A stretch of 57,057 bases of DNA from Candidatus Nomurabacteria bacterium (GCA_026396065.1 JAPLXO010000010.1:1-57057); one strand, 5' to 3'; numbered from the stretch's first letter, positions 8,477-18,258 are shown. Notes: generated by a model not told the origin, from the letters alone. Translations and numbers: made by a program.

Positions 8477-10624
8477 ATGGAAAGAGATTATCCACTAGAG
8501 AAGGTTAGAAATATCGGAATTATCGCGCACATCGATGCGGGTAAGACTACGACTACAGAACGTGTGCTTTTTTATACTGGCGTATCACACAAAATCGGTG
8601 AAGTGCACGAAGGTGAGACTACTACAGACTGGATGGAACAAGAGCGTGAGAGAGGCATCACTATCACTTCTGCGGCTGTCACTTGTTTCTGGACACCGAC
8701 ATATGCAGGTACAGACAAATCAAAGAAACATCGTTTCAATATTATCGACACACCTGGGCACATCGACTTCACAGTGGAAGTGAAAAGATCTCTTCGCGTA
8801 TTAGACGGTGCTGTCGTAGTGTTCGACGGCGTGGCTGGAGTGGAACCTCAATCAGAAACAAACTGGCGTTATGCTGACGAAGCAAATGTCCCTCGTATTT
8901 GTTTTGTGAACAAGCTCGACAGAACAGGTGCATCATTTGAACATTCATATGCAACTATTTTAGACCGTCTTACAAAAAAGGCTGTTCGTATGCAAATACC
9001 TATTGGCCTTGAAGAAAAACATGAAGGTGTTGTCGATCTTTTAAAAATGAAAGCATATTACTTTGAAGGTGATATGGGTAATAAGGTTATTGAAAAAGAT
9101 ATTCCAGAAGACATGAAAGCTGATGCTGAAAAATATCACGGTGAACTTATCGAAAAAATAGTTGAACAAGATGATGCTCTAATGACAGAATATTTGGAAG
9201 GGAAAATCCCAACTATGGAAGTTTTAAAAAAGACTCTTCGTAAAGCTGTTATTGATAATGCGATTTTCCCAGTATACGCTGGATCAGCACTCAAGAACAA
9301 AGGAGTTCAGCTCGTACTCGACGGCGTCGTAGATTATCTTCCATCACCACTCGATATTCCACCTATACCTGGAATCAATGTTGATACTGAAGAACCAATG
9401 GTCAGAGAGGCTTCTGATAGTCAACCTTTCGCAGCTCTTGCTTTCAAAGTGGCTACAGATCCATTCGTAGGACAAATTATTTTCTTCCGTGTTTATTCCG
9501 GAACATTGACTGCTGGAAGTTATGTTTACAACCCTCGTACAAGAAACAAAGAAAGAATCGGACGTATTTTGCGTATGCATGCGAACGATCGTGAAGAAGT
9601 TAAGCAAGTTTTTGCTGGAGAAATCGCAGCTGCTGTTGGCTTGAAAGATACTATTACTTCCGATACTCTTTGTGATGAAAACAATCCTATTATTTTGGAC
9701 CGTATCGTTTTCCCTGAACCAGTTATCTCTCTACGTATTGAACCAAAGACAAAAGCTGACCAAGAAAAAATGGGTATGGCACTCAACCGTCTTGCTCAAG
9801 AAGATCCTACTTTTAAAGTTTCAACTGATCAAGAAACAGGAGAGACAATTATAGCCGGAATGGGAGAACTTCATCTTGAAATTATTGTCGATCGTATGAA
9901 ACGTGAATTTACTGTCGAAGCAAATGTCGGTAAACCTCAAGTAGCTTATCGTGAGACTATTACTGGTTCTGCAGAAGTTGAAGGTAAATATATTAAGCAA
10001 TCTGGTGGTCGTGGAAACTATGGTCACGTGAAGATCAAAGTAAAACCAATGGTACCGATGACGAAAGAAGAAGTTGCTGATTTACCAAAAAATACAAAAC
10101 GTGTAGATGGTTTTGAATTTATTAATACAATCAAAGGAGGTGCTATTCCACAAGAATACATCGCTCCTTGTGAAAAAGGATTTAAAGAAGGTCTCGATCG
10201 TGGTATTCTCGCTGGTTTCAAACTAGTGAATGTATCTGTAGATCTTTGGGATGGATCTTTCCACGAAGTGGACTCAAACGAAATGGCTTTCAAAATCGCA
10301 GCTAGTATGGCTGTGCAAGACGCTTGTCGTCAAGCTCGCCCAGTGATTTTAGAACCTATGATGAAAGTAGAAGTAGTGACTCCAGATAAATTCATGGGAG
10401 ACGTCACAGGAAATCTTTCTTCAAAACGTGGACTTATCGAAGGTATGGAAGACCGTGGTATGAACAAAGTCGTGAAAGCAATCGTTCCGCTTTCTGAAAT
10501 GTTCGGATACATGACTGGTCTACGCTCAATGACAGAAGGACGTGCTTCATTCACTATGGAATTCTTGAGATACGATATAGTACCTCAGAATGTTGCGGAT
10601 ACTATTATTGCAGCTAGAAAGTAA
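8477..10624 (+). CDS. fusA: elongation factor G
   Basis: [18 protein letters not shown] and NKLD G-motifs. 715 aa, full length. Confidence 0.97.
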   Translation: MERDYPLEKVRNIGIIAHIDAGKTTTTERVLFYTGVSHKIGEVHEGETTTDWMEQERERGITITSAAVTCFWTPTYAGTDKSKKHRFNIIDTPGHIDFTVEVKRSLRVLDGAVVVFDGVAGVEPQSETNWRYADEANVPRICFVNKLDRTGASFEHSYATILDRLTKKAVRMQIPIGLEEKHEGVVDLLKMKAYYFEGDMGNKVIEKDIPEDMKADAEKYHGELIEKIVEQDDALMTEYLEGKIPTMEVLKKTLRKAVIDNAIFPVYAGSALKNKGVQLVLDGVVDYLPSPLDIPPIPGINVDTEEPMVREASDSQPFAALAFKVATDPFVGQIIFFRVYSGTLTAGSYVYNPRTRNKERIGRILRMHANDREEVKQVFAGEIAAAVGLKDTITSDTLCDENNPIILDRIVFPEPVISLRIEPKTKADQEKMGMALNRLAQEDPTFKVSTDQETGETIIAGMGELHLEIIVDRMKREFTVEANVGKPQVAYRETITGSAEVEGKYIKQSGGRGNYGHVKIKVKPMVPMTKEEVADLPKNTKRVDGFEFINTIKGGAIPQEYIAPCEKGFKEGLDRGILAGFKLVNVSVDLWDGSFHEVDSNEMAFKIAASMAVQDACRQARPVILEPMMKVEVVTPDKFMGDVTGNLSSKRGLIEGMEDRGMNKVVKAIVPLSEMFGYMTGLRSMTEGRASFTMEFLRYDIVPQNVADTIIAARK

Positions 10625-10633
10625 TACAAAGAA

Positions 10634-10676
10634 CCTCACCCCTGACCCCTCTCCTTATAAAGGAGAGGGGTTTTGG
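10634..10676 (+). repeat. C-rich hairpin element, copy D, acting as the fusA terminator
   Basis: CCTCACCCCTGA then CCCCTCTCCTT (10646-10656) paired with AAGGAGAGGGG (10660-10670), a perfect 11-bp stem, followed by TTTT. Confidence 0.8.
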
Positions 10677-10681
10677 TTTGT

Positions 10682-10710
10682 TTGACTTTTAGTTTTATTT
10701 ATGCTAAACT
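10682..10710 (+). promoter_or_regulatory. sigma70-type promoter
   Basis: TTGACT (10682-10687), 17 nt spacer, TAAACT (10705-10710). Confidence 0.55.
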
Positions 10711-10952
10711 CTACATAGAGCCTAGTACACTATATAAAGGTTATAAAGAGTTGGTTTTAATTATTTTGTTTTTCTTTTTAAGGAAATTGGGATAATTAGA
10801 ATCAGCTTTGCGGGATTCTAAACAATATCACCCTCGGGTTTTACTCGGGTTTGATCTAGGAATCACGCCATGGTTTTTAGTAAAACCTTTCTGGATTCGT
10901 TCAGGAAGGTTTTCTTTTTAAATTAGTGCTAACCTTTATTGAAAATTTCAAA

Positions 10953-11258
10953 ATGAAAATTGTAAGTAAAAAAATGCTGACGACTACAGCAGTAGTTAGT
11001 CTAATCGCCTACGCTTTCTATAGCTCTTTTAATGTTAAGGTTTCTGTACCAAAGATTTCGAAACCTGAAATAAAAAAGACTATTGTAAAATATATAGAAA
11101 GTCCAGAAGAAATTAAACTAAAAAAGGAATTACTTTGGGAAGATGCAATACCTAAATTGTATCCAACATCAGTACTTTCGTTTTCTGTTGATTCTACTGG
11201 AAAGAGGACAATTGTAATTACTCCTGTTCATTGCTATGGAAATTATTGTTGGGATTAA
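10953..11258 (+). CDS. orphan small protein with an N-terminal signal or TM segment
   Basis: MKIVSKKMLTTTAVVSLIAYAFYSS. The ATG at 10953 lies within track ORF 10926. Confidence 0.5.
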   Translation: MKIVSKKMLTTTAVVSLIAYAFYSSFNVKVSVPKISKPEIKKTIVKYIESPEEIKLKKELLWEDAIPKLYPTSVLSFSVDSTGKRTIVITPVHCYGNYCWD

Positions 11259-11280
11259 TTACAAATTAGGTTATTTTATA

Positions 11281-11319
11281 AAGCCACTTTTTGATTGAAT
11301 AAGTCAAAAAGTGGCTTTT
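11281..11319 (+). terminator. rho-independent terminator
   Basis: GCCACTTTTTGA (11283-11294) pairs with TCAAAAAGTGGC (11304-11315), a perfect 12-bp stem, followed by TTTT. Confidence 0.85.
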
Positions 11320-11346
11320 GACTTTTTAACCTAGGCACGTTATTAT
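11318..11346 (+). promoter_or_regulatory. sigma70-type promoter
   Basis: TTGACT (11318-11323), 17 nt spacer, TATTAT (11341-11346). It overlaps the preceding terminator T-run. Confidence 0.55.
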
Positions 11347-11404
11347 GTAGAGATATATAGATCTTAGTAATTTTTATAGTAATAACAATCTAAATTTCAG
11401 TACC

Positions 11405-11743
11405 ATGGCAAGTTTTTATAGATTAAAAAAGGAAAAAGGTGGACACATCTTGTTTACTTTATCTCCAAATGACATCCGACATGATCATATCGTAGCGCAC
11501 AATCTTGGCTCCCCAAGCTTAGAGATTAAACACTACCCAAAGGAACATCTCGATGAAGAGTGGAATAAAAAAGACATTGATGCTAAGCACGAAGACGCAC
11601 GGACAGCACTCGAAACAAATCATTATCATACTGACTTAGACACTAGTCTAAAACACAGCGTGATAATTAATGCCACAACTGTGAAGCCCGAAGGCTACAG
11701 TGAGTTTTATCCAAACAATATAACCAAAAAAAATAAAGGTTAA
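11405..11743 (+). CDS. orphan His-rich 112-aa protein
   Basis: ORF with its own promoter and terminator and many His residues. I recognise no family. Confidence 0.5.
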   Translation: MASFYRLKKEKGGHILFTLSPNDIRHDHIVAHNLGSPSLEIKHYPKEHLDEEWNKKDIDAKHEDARTALETNHYHTDLDTSLKHSVIINATTVKPEGYSEFYPNNITKKNKG

Positions 11744-11764
11744 ATTATTTGGAAACAACATCCA

Positions 11765-11803
11765 AAGCCATTTCTTACTTAACAATGTAGGGAATGGCTT
11801 TTG
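11765..11803 (+). terminator. rho-independent terminator
   Basis: AGCCATT pairs with AATGGCT, followed by TTTT. Confidence 0.65.
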
Positions 11804-11829
11804 ACTTTTTGGGTAGTTATTGTTACTCT
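11801..11829 (+). promoter_or_regulatory. sigma70-type promoter
   Basis: TTGACT (11801-11806), 17 nt spacer, TACTCT (11824-11829). An alternative TAGTAT lies at 11864-11869. Confidence 0.45.
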
Positions 11830-11892
11830 GAAAATATAAACGAAAGGCTCGTTGAAATAAAAATAGTATAAATCAAAAATAAAAAAAGAAGA

Positions 11893-12822
11893 ATGTTTGT
11901 AAAAAAAGTAAGAAAATTCGGCGGACACATCGTAGATGGTGCCGAACCAGTAAAAAGAGTATCTGAAGTCTTGATAGAAGGTTCAGACGAAATTACCATT
12001 AATGTATTTTCTGCAATGGGTAAAACAACCAATGCATTGATACTATTAACTACTGCATCACAATCAGATGATACTACCTTAGTAGAAAAGATTAAAAATG
12101 AATTAAAATCTTTTCACTTAGGAGTCGCAGCTGAATTGTTCGAAGAGGGTCATCAGATTTTTTTCGATATTGAAAATATTTTTAAGGATATTGATAGAAC
12201 ACTAAAACGTTTTCACTTTGATTCTTTTAAAATAGCAAAAGATCAGGTGTTACCGTATGGTGAAAGTTTAACTACATTAATTGTGAGTGAATACTTAAAT
12301 TCTATTCAAGTTTCTAACAGATTAGTGCATGCCACAAATTTCCTTATGACTGATGCTAGTTACGGTAATGCAAATATTGATCGTGGTATGAGCGCAAAGC
12401 TTTTAGAGAGTCGGTTAAAAGCACTTCCAAAAGATGTAACTATTGTAATTACAGAAGGTTTTGTGGGTTTAAATTATGAATCAGCTGGCCTTTCGCATCA
12501 TTGGAATGAAACACATACTACTACTTTTGATAGGGATGGAAGCGATCGCACTGCTTTTGAAATTGCTATACAAACGAAAGCAGAAAATGTGAGTATCTAC
12601 AAAGATGTACCAGGAGTAATGGATTCTGATCCAAAAAAGAATCCAAATGCAAAATTGCTACCAGAACTTTCTGTTTCTGAATTTGAACAATTACAGAAGA
12701 CAGGAGCAACTGGGCAGTTTTTGCAAAAGAGGTGTATTGACGTTATCAAGGAAGGGACATTCACTGTCGCATTCTATGATTTTTCAAATCTCAGTGTGCC
12801 TGGGACTATCTTAACAAGATAG
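11893..12822 (+). CDS. aspartokinase-like amino-acid-kinase-family protein lacking ACT domains
   Basis: KFGG, VFSAMGKTTNAL and DRDGSDRTAFEIA...IYKDVPGVMDSDPKKNPNAKLL parallel aspartokinase catalytic motifs. Only 309 aa. Confidence 0.6.
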   Translation: MFVKKVRKFGGHIVDGAEPVKRVSEVLIEGSDEITINVFSAMGKTTNALILLTTASQSDDTTLVEKIKNELKSFHLGVAAELFEEGHQIFFDIENIFKDIDRTLKRFHFDSFKIAKDQVLPYGESLTTLIVSEYLNSIQVSNRLVHATNFLMTDASYGNANIDRGMSAKLLESRLKALPKDVTIVITEGFVGLNYESAGLSHHWNETHTTTFDRDGSDRTAFEIAIQTKAENVSIYKDVPGVMDSDPKKNPNAKLLPELSVSEFEQLQKTGATGQFLQKRCIDVIKEGTFTVAFYDFSNLSVPGTILTR

Positions 12823-12840
12823 AAAAATTATTTATTGGCT

Positions 12841-12876
12841 AGCCCGGAATCTGTATAGATTTCGGGCTTTAGTTTT
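12841..12876 (+). terminator. rho-independent terminator
   Basis: AGCCCGGAAT pairs with ATTTCGGGCT (10 bp with one G-U), followed by a T-rich run. Confidence 0.7.
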
Positions 12877-12890
12877 CCTATTTTTATAAT

Positions 12891-12918
12891 TTGACTTTAT
12901 TTTTCTTTCTGATAGTAT
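12891..12918 (+). promoter_or_regulatory. tuf promoter
   Basis: TTGACT (12891-12896), 16 nt spacer, TAGTAT (12913-12918). It is followed by the hairpin AACTGC/GCAGTT (12925-12943) plus Ts. Confidence 0.55.
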
Positions 12919-13072
12919 GGAAGCAACTGCACTTTTGGCAGTTTTTATATTGCTCATTGTGCAAAATATAATTGTTTATAAAAAATTTATTATTAGTTTA
13001 ATTAAGGTTAGTAGTCTAAATTTAGCGACTGGCTCTCGTACGTTAAGTTTTAATTATTAGCAAAATAAGTAT

Positions 13073-14266
13073 ATGGCAGAAGAATTTAAAAGAGACAAAC
13101 CACACGTAAACGTTGGTACTATCGGTCACGTTGACCATGGAAAGACAACATTAACAGCAGCTATTTTGAACGTTCTTAACCTAGCAGGTAAGACTGTTCG
13201 TCTTCGAGATGTTAGTCAAATCGACAACGCTCCAGAAGAAAAAGCTCGTGGAATCACCATTAACATTTCTCACAATGAATATGCTACTGACGCTCGTCAC
13301 TATGCTCACATTGATGCCCCAGGACACGCTGACTACATCAAAAACATGATCACAGGTGCCGCTCAAATGGACGGTGCTATCCTTGTAGTTGCTGCTACTG
13401 ACGGTGCTATGCCACAAACACGCGAACACGTTTTGCTTGCAAAACAAGTTGGTGTACCTCGAATTATCGTTTTCTTGAACAAGTGCGATATGGTTGAGGA
13501 TAAAGATATGATCGACATGGTTGAAGAAGAAATCCGTGAATTACTTACAAAACAAGGATTTGATGGTGCAAACGCTCCAGTTATCCGTGGATCAGCTCTT
13601 AAGGGTCTTGAAGCTACAGATGTAAATGATGAATGGGCAAAGAAAATTCTTGAACTTACAAATGCTCTTGATACATACATCCCAGTTCCAGAACGTGATA
13701 CCGCAAAGCCATTCCTTATGCCTGTAGAAGATATTTTCTCTATTGAAGGCCGTGGAACAGTTGTCACAGGTAAGATTGAAAGAGGAGTTGTAAAAGTTGG
13801 TGAAGACGTTGAAATTGTTGGTATTAAAGCTACACAAAAATCAACAGTCACAGGTATCGAAATGTTCAACAAAAACCTACAAGAAGGTATGGCTGGCGAC
13901 AATGCTGGTATCCTTCTACGTGGACTTAAGAAAGAAGATATCACTCGTGGACAAGTTCTATGTAAACCAGGAACAACTACTCCACATGACAACTTTACTT
14001 GTGAAGTTTACATTTTAAAGAAAGAAGAAGGTGGACGTCACACTCCTTTCTTCAAGGGTTACAAGCCACAATTCTATATCCGTACTACAGACGTAACTGG
14101 TGAAGTTACTCTTGCAGAAGGAAAGGAAATGGTTATGCCAGGAGACACAGTTACATTTACAGTTAAATTAGTTACTCCAGTTGCTCTTGAAGAGTCACAG
14201 CGTTTTGCTATCCGTGAAGGAGGTAAGACTGTCGGCGCAGGAGTTGTTACAAAAATTATTGCTTAA
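13073..14266 (+). CDS. tuf: elongation factor Tu
   Basis: [18 protein letters not shown] and NKCD motifs. 397 aa. Confidence 0.98.
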   Translation: MAEEFKRDKPHVNVGTIGHVDHGKTTLTAAILNVLNLAGKTVRLRDVSQIDNAPEEKARGITINISHNEYATDARHYAHIDAPGHADYIKNMITGAAQMDGAILVVAATDGAMPQTREHVLLAKQVGVPRIIVFLNKCDMVEDKDMIDMVEEEIRELLTKQGFDGANAPVIRGSALKGLEATDVNDEWAKKILELTNALDTYIPVPERDTAKPFLMPVEDIFSIEGRGTVVTGKIERGVVKVGEDVEIVGIKATQKSTVTGIEMFNKNLQEGMAGDNAGILLRGLKKEDITRGQVLCKPGTTTPHDNFTCEVYILKKEEGGRHTPFFKGYKPQFYIRTTDVTGEVTLAEGKEMVMPGDTVTFTVKLVTPVALEESQRFAIREGGKTVGAGVVTKIIA

Positions 14267-14277
14267 TCTTTAAATTT

Positions 14278-14676
14278 ATGGCTGAAGAAGAAACAACAAC
14301 TAAAAAAGTTAAAAAAGTTACTACTCCAAAAGCTAGTAAAGCTTCTTCTAAAGCTAAAGAAGAAGGAAAAGAGGTTGTCCTTCGCATACGAGTTCGTGCT
14401 TACGAGAGCAAGATTTTGGATGCTTCGGTCAAACAAATTATTGACACAGCTATGCGTTATGACGCAAAGATTGTCGGTCCAGTTCCTCTTCCAACAGAAA
14501 TTAAGAAATACACAGTCAACCGTGCATCTTTCGTTTACAAAAATACACGAGAACAATTTGAAATGAGAGTACACAAAAGAGTTATTGATATTTTAAATCC
14601 GTCTGCGAAGACAATCGAAGCATTAACAAACCTTTCTCTTCCTTCCGGAGTAGAAATTGACGTTAAGATGCTATAA
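14278..14676 (+). CDS. rpsJ: 30S ribosomal protein S10 with a Lys-rich N-terminal extension
   Basis: RIRVRAYESKILD...PLPTE core preceded by an extension of about 30 aa. Confidence 0.93.
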   Translation: MAEEETTTKKVKKVTTPKASKASSKAKEEGKEVVLRIRVRAYESKILDASVKQIIDTAMRYDAKIVGPVPLPTEIKKYTVNRASFVYKNTREQFEMRVHKRVIDILNPSAKTIEALTNLSLPSGVEIDVKML

Positions 14677-14701
14677 AAATCAAATTAATTAATTATATTG
14701 T

Positions 14702-15322
14702 ATGAAATTCATTCTTGGAACAAAACAGAATATGACAGAATATTTCACCGAAGAAGGTGTAGTTGTTCCTGTAACAATAATTACCGCTGGACCTGTGAAA
14801 GTCACTTCTGTAAAAGGAAGCGAGAAAGATGGATACAGTGCTGTGCAAGTTGGCTTTGGTGAACAAAAAGAACACAGAATTAACAAGCCAGTAAAAGGGC
14901 AAATGAAAGGAGACCTTTTCCGTGTTTTGAAAGAATTTCGTTTGAAAACTGGAGACAAATTTGAAGGGGCAGTAGGAGATATGATTGATGTCGGTGCTTT
15001 TAGTGCTGGCGACAAACTTCAAGTCTCTGCAATTTCAAAAGGTAAAGGTTTTCAAGGTGTTGTGAAGAGACATGGTTTCCATGGAGGTCCAAGATCACAC
15101 GGACAAAAACACTCAGAACGTGAACCTGGAAGTATTAGTGGAGGACTTCGTACACATGTGCCAAAAGGTATGAGAATGGCTGGACGTATGGGTTCCGATA
15201 GAATAACTTACAAGAATTTGAAAGTTGTTTATGTCGACAAAGAAAATAATACAATGCTTATTAAAGGAGCAGTACCAGGAAAGAGAGGAACATTGGTAGA
15301 AATAATCAGTAGATCAAATTAA
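14702..15322 (+). CDS. rplC: 50S ribosomal protein L3
   Basis: GTKQNMT..., KGKGFQGVVKRHGF. Confidence 0.95.
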   Translation: MKFILGTKQNMTEYFTEEGVVVPVTIITAGPVKVTSVKGSEKDGYSAVQVGFGEQKEHRINKPVKGQMKGDLFRVLKEFRLKTGDKFEGAVGDMIDVGAFSAGDKLQVSAISKGKGFQGVVKRHGFHGGPRSHGQKHSEREPGSISGGLRTHVPKGMRMAGRMGSDRITYKNLKVVYVDKENNTMLIKGAVPGKRGTLVEIISRSN

Positions 15323-15333
15323 TAAATACAGAT

Positions 15334-16002
15334 ATGTTAAAAGCAAAAATTTACAATCAAAAAGGAACAGATGCGGGTAGTATTGATCTACCAGAAAAAG
15401 TTTTTGGTGTGAAATGGAAGTCAGACTTGGTCCATCAAGTTGTCCATGGTATTTTAGGCAACAAGCGAGCTGGCACAGCTGATTCAAAAGGCCGTGGTGA
15501 GGTTCGTGGAGGAGGTAAGAAGCCTTGGAAACAAAAAGGAACAGGACAAGCTCGTCATGGATCTACACGTTCACCTATTTGGGTTGGTGGAGGAGTAACA
15601 CATGGACCTCTTGCAGAAAAGAATTATAAGAGAAAAATCAGTAAGAAAATGCGTGCAGGAGCTCTCTTTTCAGTACTTTCAAAGAAATTCAAAGATGGAG
15701 AAATTATTTTTGTTGATTCACTTGAAATGAAAGATATAAAGACAAAGTCCGCTGTTGAAGTGATGAAGAATCTTACAAAAGCTACAGGTATTAAAGATTT
15801 ATCAGCTTCAAAGAAGCCTAGAGTTTTGGTAGCTATTTCTGGAAAGAATGAAAAAATGCAAAAGAGTTTCCGAAATTTGCCTTCACTAGAATTAGCTTTG
15901 GTAAATAATATAAACCCAATGCTCGTGTTAAATTACAAATACCTTTTGATAGAAAATCCAGAAGCTGCAGTAAAGTTTTTAGCCACAAGAGCTGATAAAT
16001 AA
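15334..16002 (+). CDS. rplD: 50S ribosomal protein L4
   Basis: GGGKKPWKQKGTGQARHGS. Confidence 0.95.
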   Translation: MLKAKIYNQKGTDAGSIDLPEKVFGVKWKSDLVHQVVHGILGNKRAGTADSKGRGEVRGGGKKPWKQKGTGQARHGSTRSPIWVGGGVTHGPLAEKNYKRKISKKMRAGALFSVLSKKFKDGEIIFVDSLEMKDIKTKSAVEVMKNLTKATGIKDLSASKKPRVLVAISGKNEKMQKSFRNLPSLELALVNNINPMLVLNYKYLLIENPEAAVKFLATRADK

Positions 16003-16026
16003 GATAGTAAATAATTTAAAAAATAT

Positions 16027-16299
16027 ATGGCAAAAACAACAACAATCAAAAAACCAAGAATCACAGAAAAAGTAGCTATTCTAGCTGAAAAGAATATGTA
16101 CACTTTTGAAGTGTCAGCTGGTGCTACAAAGAATGAAATCAAGAAAGATATTTTTGCTTTATATAAAGTGAAGCCAACAAAAGTAAACATTTTAAATATT
16201 CCAAAAAAGAAAGTCATCGTTCGTGGAAAAATGGGTGTGAAAAATGGTGGTAAGAAAGCAGTCGTTTATTTAAAAAAGGGAGATAAGATAGAATTTTAA
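16027..16299 (+). CDS. rplW: 50S ribosomal protein L23
   Basis: Position and TEK...Y.F.V...A.K.EIK pattern. Confidence 0.9.
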   Translation: MAKTTTIKKPRITEKVAILAEKNMYTFEVSAGATKNEIKKDIFALYKVKPTKVNILNIPKKKVIVRGKMGVKNGGKKAVVYLKKGDKIEF

Positions 16300-16319
16300 T
16301 ATACAAAGTAAAAAAGATT

Positions 16320-17168
16320 ATGAAGACATACAAACCTACATCTAAATCAAGAAGACAAATGACGAACGTCACTTACCGTGGCGTATTGACTGAATCTTCA
16401 CCTCTAAAAGCTCTAACTCATGGTTTCAAGAGAAGCGTAGGTAGAAATAATCTAGGACGTATTACTACTCGTCACAAAGGTGCAGGGCACAAGAGACTTT
16501 ATCGTGAAGTTGATTTTGTTTATGATAAGAAAGATATTCCAGCAAAAATAACAAGTGTTGAATATGATCCAAACCGTTCAGCCTTTATCGGTATCGCAGT
16601 ATATAAAGATGGTGAAAAACGCTATGTAGTTTTACCTCAAACAGTAAAAGTAGGTGATACATTTATAGTTTCAGAAAATGCTGAGTTAAAAGTAGGTAAC
16701 CGTTTACAACTTAGAAATATTCCAGTTGGAACATTTGTTTACAATATAGAAATGAAAGCTGGTTCTGGTGCAAAGATAGGAAGAAGTGCAGGAATTTTTG
16801 CTCAAGTTGTAGCTAATGCTGATGGTTATACAAATATCAAAATGCCAAGTACAGAAGTTCGTAAAGTTTCTGAACTAGCATGGGCATCTGTAGGATCTGT
16901 ATCAAACGAAGAACATCATTTAGAAAATTACGGAAAAGCAGGACGTTCACGATGGAAAGGTATTCGCCCAACAGTTCGCGGAACAGCCATGAACCCTGTC
17001 GACCACCCATACGGAGGAGGAGAAGGACGCCAAGGACGCGGAACACGAAGACCAAAGACTCTATGGGGTAAGGTTACAGGAGGAAGAAAGTCTCGAACTC
17101 CAAAGAAATACTCAAATGTATTCATCGTTTCTCGACGAAAGACAGGAAAGAATAGAAAATCTTCTTAA
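16320..17168 (+). CDS. rplB: 50S ribosomal protein L2
   Basis: RGTAMNPVDHPYGGGEGR. Confidence 0.97.
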   Translation: MKTYKPTSKSRRQMTNVTYRGVLTESSPLKALTHGFKRSVGRNNLGRITTRHKGAGHKRLYREVDFVYDKKDIPAKITSVEYDPNRSAFIGIAVYKDGEKRYVVLPQTVKVGDTFIVSENAELKVGNRLQLRNIPVGTFVYNIEMKAGSGAKIGRSAGIFAQVVANADGYTNIKMPSTEVRKVSELAWASVGSVSNEEHHLENYGKAGRSRWKGIRPTVRGTAMNPVDHPYGGGEGRQGRGTRRPKTLWGKVTGGRKSRTPKKYSNVFIVSRRKTGKNRKSS

Positions 17169-17183
17169 TACTAAAAACAAAAA

Positions 17184-17206
17184 GCACCCGAGGGGGTGTT
17201 TTTTGT
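17184..17206 (+). terminator. short terminator after rplB
   Basis: CACCC pairs with GGGTG, followed by TTTTTT. Confidence 0.55.
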
Positions 17207-17208
17207 TA

Positions 17209-17244
17209 CCTCATCCCTCGCTTCTCCTTATAAAGTAGAAGGAG
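17209..17244 (+). repeat. C-rich hairpin element, copy E1 (degenerate)
   Basis: CCTCATCCCTCGCTTCTCCTTATAAAGTAGAAGGAG aligns with copy D. Confidence 0.6.
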
Positions 17245-17250
17245 CTAAAA

Positions 17251-17283
17251 CCATCTCCCTGATAAGGAGAGGGTGGTGTGAGG
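17251..17283 (-). repeat. C-rich hairpin element, copy E2 (inverted orientation)
   Basis: The reverse complement CCTCACACCACCCTCTCCTTATCAGGGAGATGG aligns with copy D. Confidence 0.65.
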
Positions 17284-17287
17284 TTCT

Positions 17288-17311
17288 TAGCCTTATAACA
17301 CAAGGCTTTTT
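17288..17311 (+). terminator. rho-independent terminator
   Basis: AGCCTT pairs with AAGGCT, followed by TTTTT. Confidence 0.6.
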
Positions 17312-17314
17312 AGC

Positions 17315-17343
17315 TTGACTTTTAGCTTATAATATGCTATACT
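17315..17343 (+). promoter_or_regulatory. sigma70-type promoter
   Basis: TTGACT (17315-17320), 17 nt spacer, TATACT (17338-17343). Confidence 0.6.
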
Positions 17344-17381
17344 TATATTAGTAAAGGTTCGTTGAAAAAAGTTAGATATTC

Positions 17382-17438
17382 TTATGAATTATTAGTTTTG
17401 AGCGCTATTCATTAGCTTTTAAAACTGATAATTCATAA
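17382..17438 (+). promoter_or_regulatory. long 5'-UTR hairpin
   Basis: TTATGAATTATTAGTTTT (17382-17399) pairs with AAAACTGATAATTCATAA (17421-17438): 18 bp with one G-U and a 21-nt loop. Confidence 0.7.
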
Positions 17439-17465
17439 ATAAAATAACTTTAATAATAAACGAAA

Positions 17466-17771
17466 ATGGCAAAAAAGCACAGTAGCGGAAACGCAATAGG
17501 AAATGCAATTACAATTGCACATAGAATAATAAGTTTTTTAATAATCTACACTGAAAGAAGTTTTAGGAACCTCTGGAACAATGGTAGATGGGTTATAAGG
17601 ACCGCACCTCTAGCACACACAAATCTGACTACCTTGTACACTAGTACAACCGGTGGAACGGTAAATGGCAGAGTAATAGCAATTAACTTGGTAGTAGTAA
17701 TAATACTGTATCTTGTTGTTTCTATAGCACTTATAATTTGGTCGTTCATCAGAGCGATTGCACCGCATTAA
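17466..17771 (+). CDS. orphan small membrane protein
   Basis: 101 aa with the C-terminal TM helix LVVVIILYLVVSIALIIWSF. It has its own promoter, leader and terminator. Confidence 0.5.
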   Translation: MAKKHSSGNAIGNAITIAHRIISFLIIYTERSFRNLWNNGRWVIRTAPLAHTNLTTLYTSTTGGTVNGRVIAINLVVVIILYLVVSIALIIWSFIRAIAPH

Positions 17772-17847
17772 TATCTATCTTCAATCCCCGCCTTCATTAA
17801 TTTGAAGCAGGGATTTGTTGTTTTTATTTGCTATAATGTCTGTCTAT

Positions 17848-18258
17848 ATGAGACAGGTAGTAAATTATATTCCAGTTCAAATTAATCCTGAAATAAAGGT
17901 ATTTATTCAAAGGCGTACTATTGAAGCACCGACACGACCGGGACTGTTTGGTCTTTTCGGTGGAGGGATTGAGGAGGGTGAAGACAAAATCACTGCGTTA
18001 CTTCGCGAGACGTATGAAGAACTTATTTATATTCCAAACCAAGAAAAATTGCAGTATCTTGGTAATTATTTTGATGAAGAAAATACACAGAAAGATATTT
18101 ATTATGAAATAGTGGATACATCTTTTGAAAGTAAGATAGAAGTTTTTGAAGGGGAATATGGTGCATTTTTAAATAAAGAAGAAGTCACAAATTCTCCAGA
18201 TATTTCACCTTCAGAAAAAAAAGCCCTTTTGGATCTATTTGATAAAGTAAAAGAATAA
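17848..18258 (+). CDS. NUDIX hydrolase
   Basis: NUDIX box GGGIEEGEDKITALLRETYEEL. TATAAT 17832-17837 favours the ATG at 17848 over 17836 or the TTG at 17815. Confidence 0.75.
   Translation: MRQVVNYIPVQINPEIKVFIQRRTIEAPTRPGLFGLFGGGIEEGEDKITALLRETYEELIYIPNQEKLQYLGNYFDEENTQKDIYYEIVDTSFESKIEVFEGEYGAFLNKEEVTNSPDISPSEKKALLDLFDKVKE

Noticed and set aside
12944-13072. tRNA genes upstream of tuf, as seen in many bacteria.
   Set aside because: I found no T-loop or acceptor-stem pattern in the ~130-nt AT-rich leader.
8535-14018. Numerous 60-210-aa ORFs in the track overlapping fusA and tuf in other frames or on the other strand (for example 13363-13992 minus, 9344-9786 minus).
   Set aside because: They lie entirely inside strongly recognisable conserved genes and have no independent signals.
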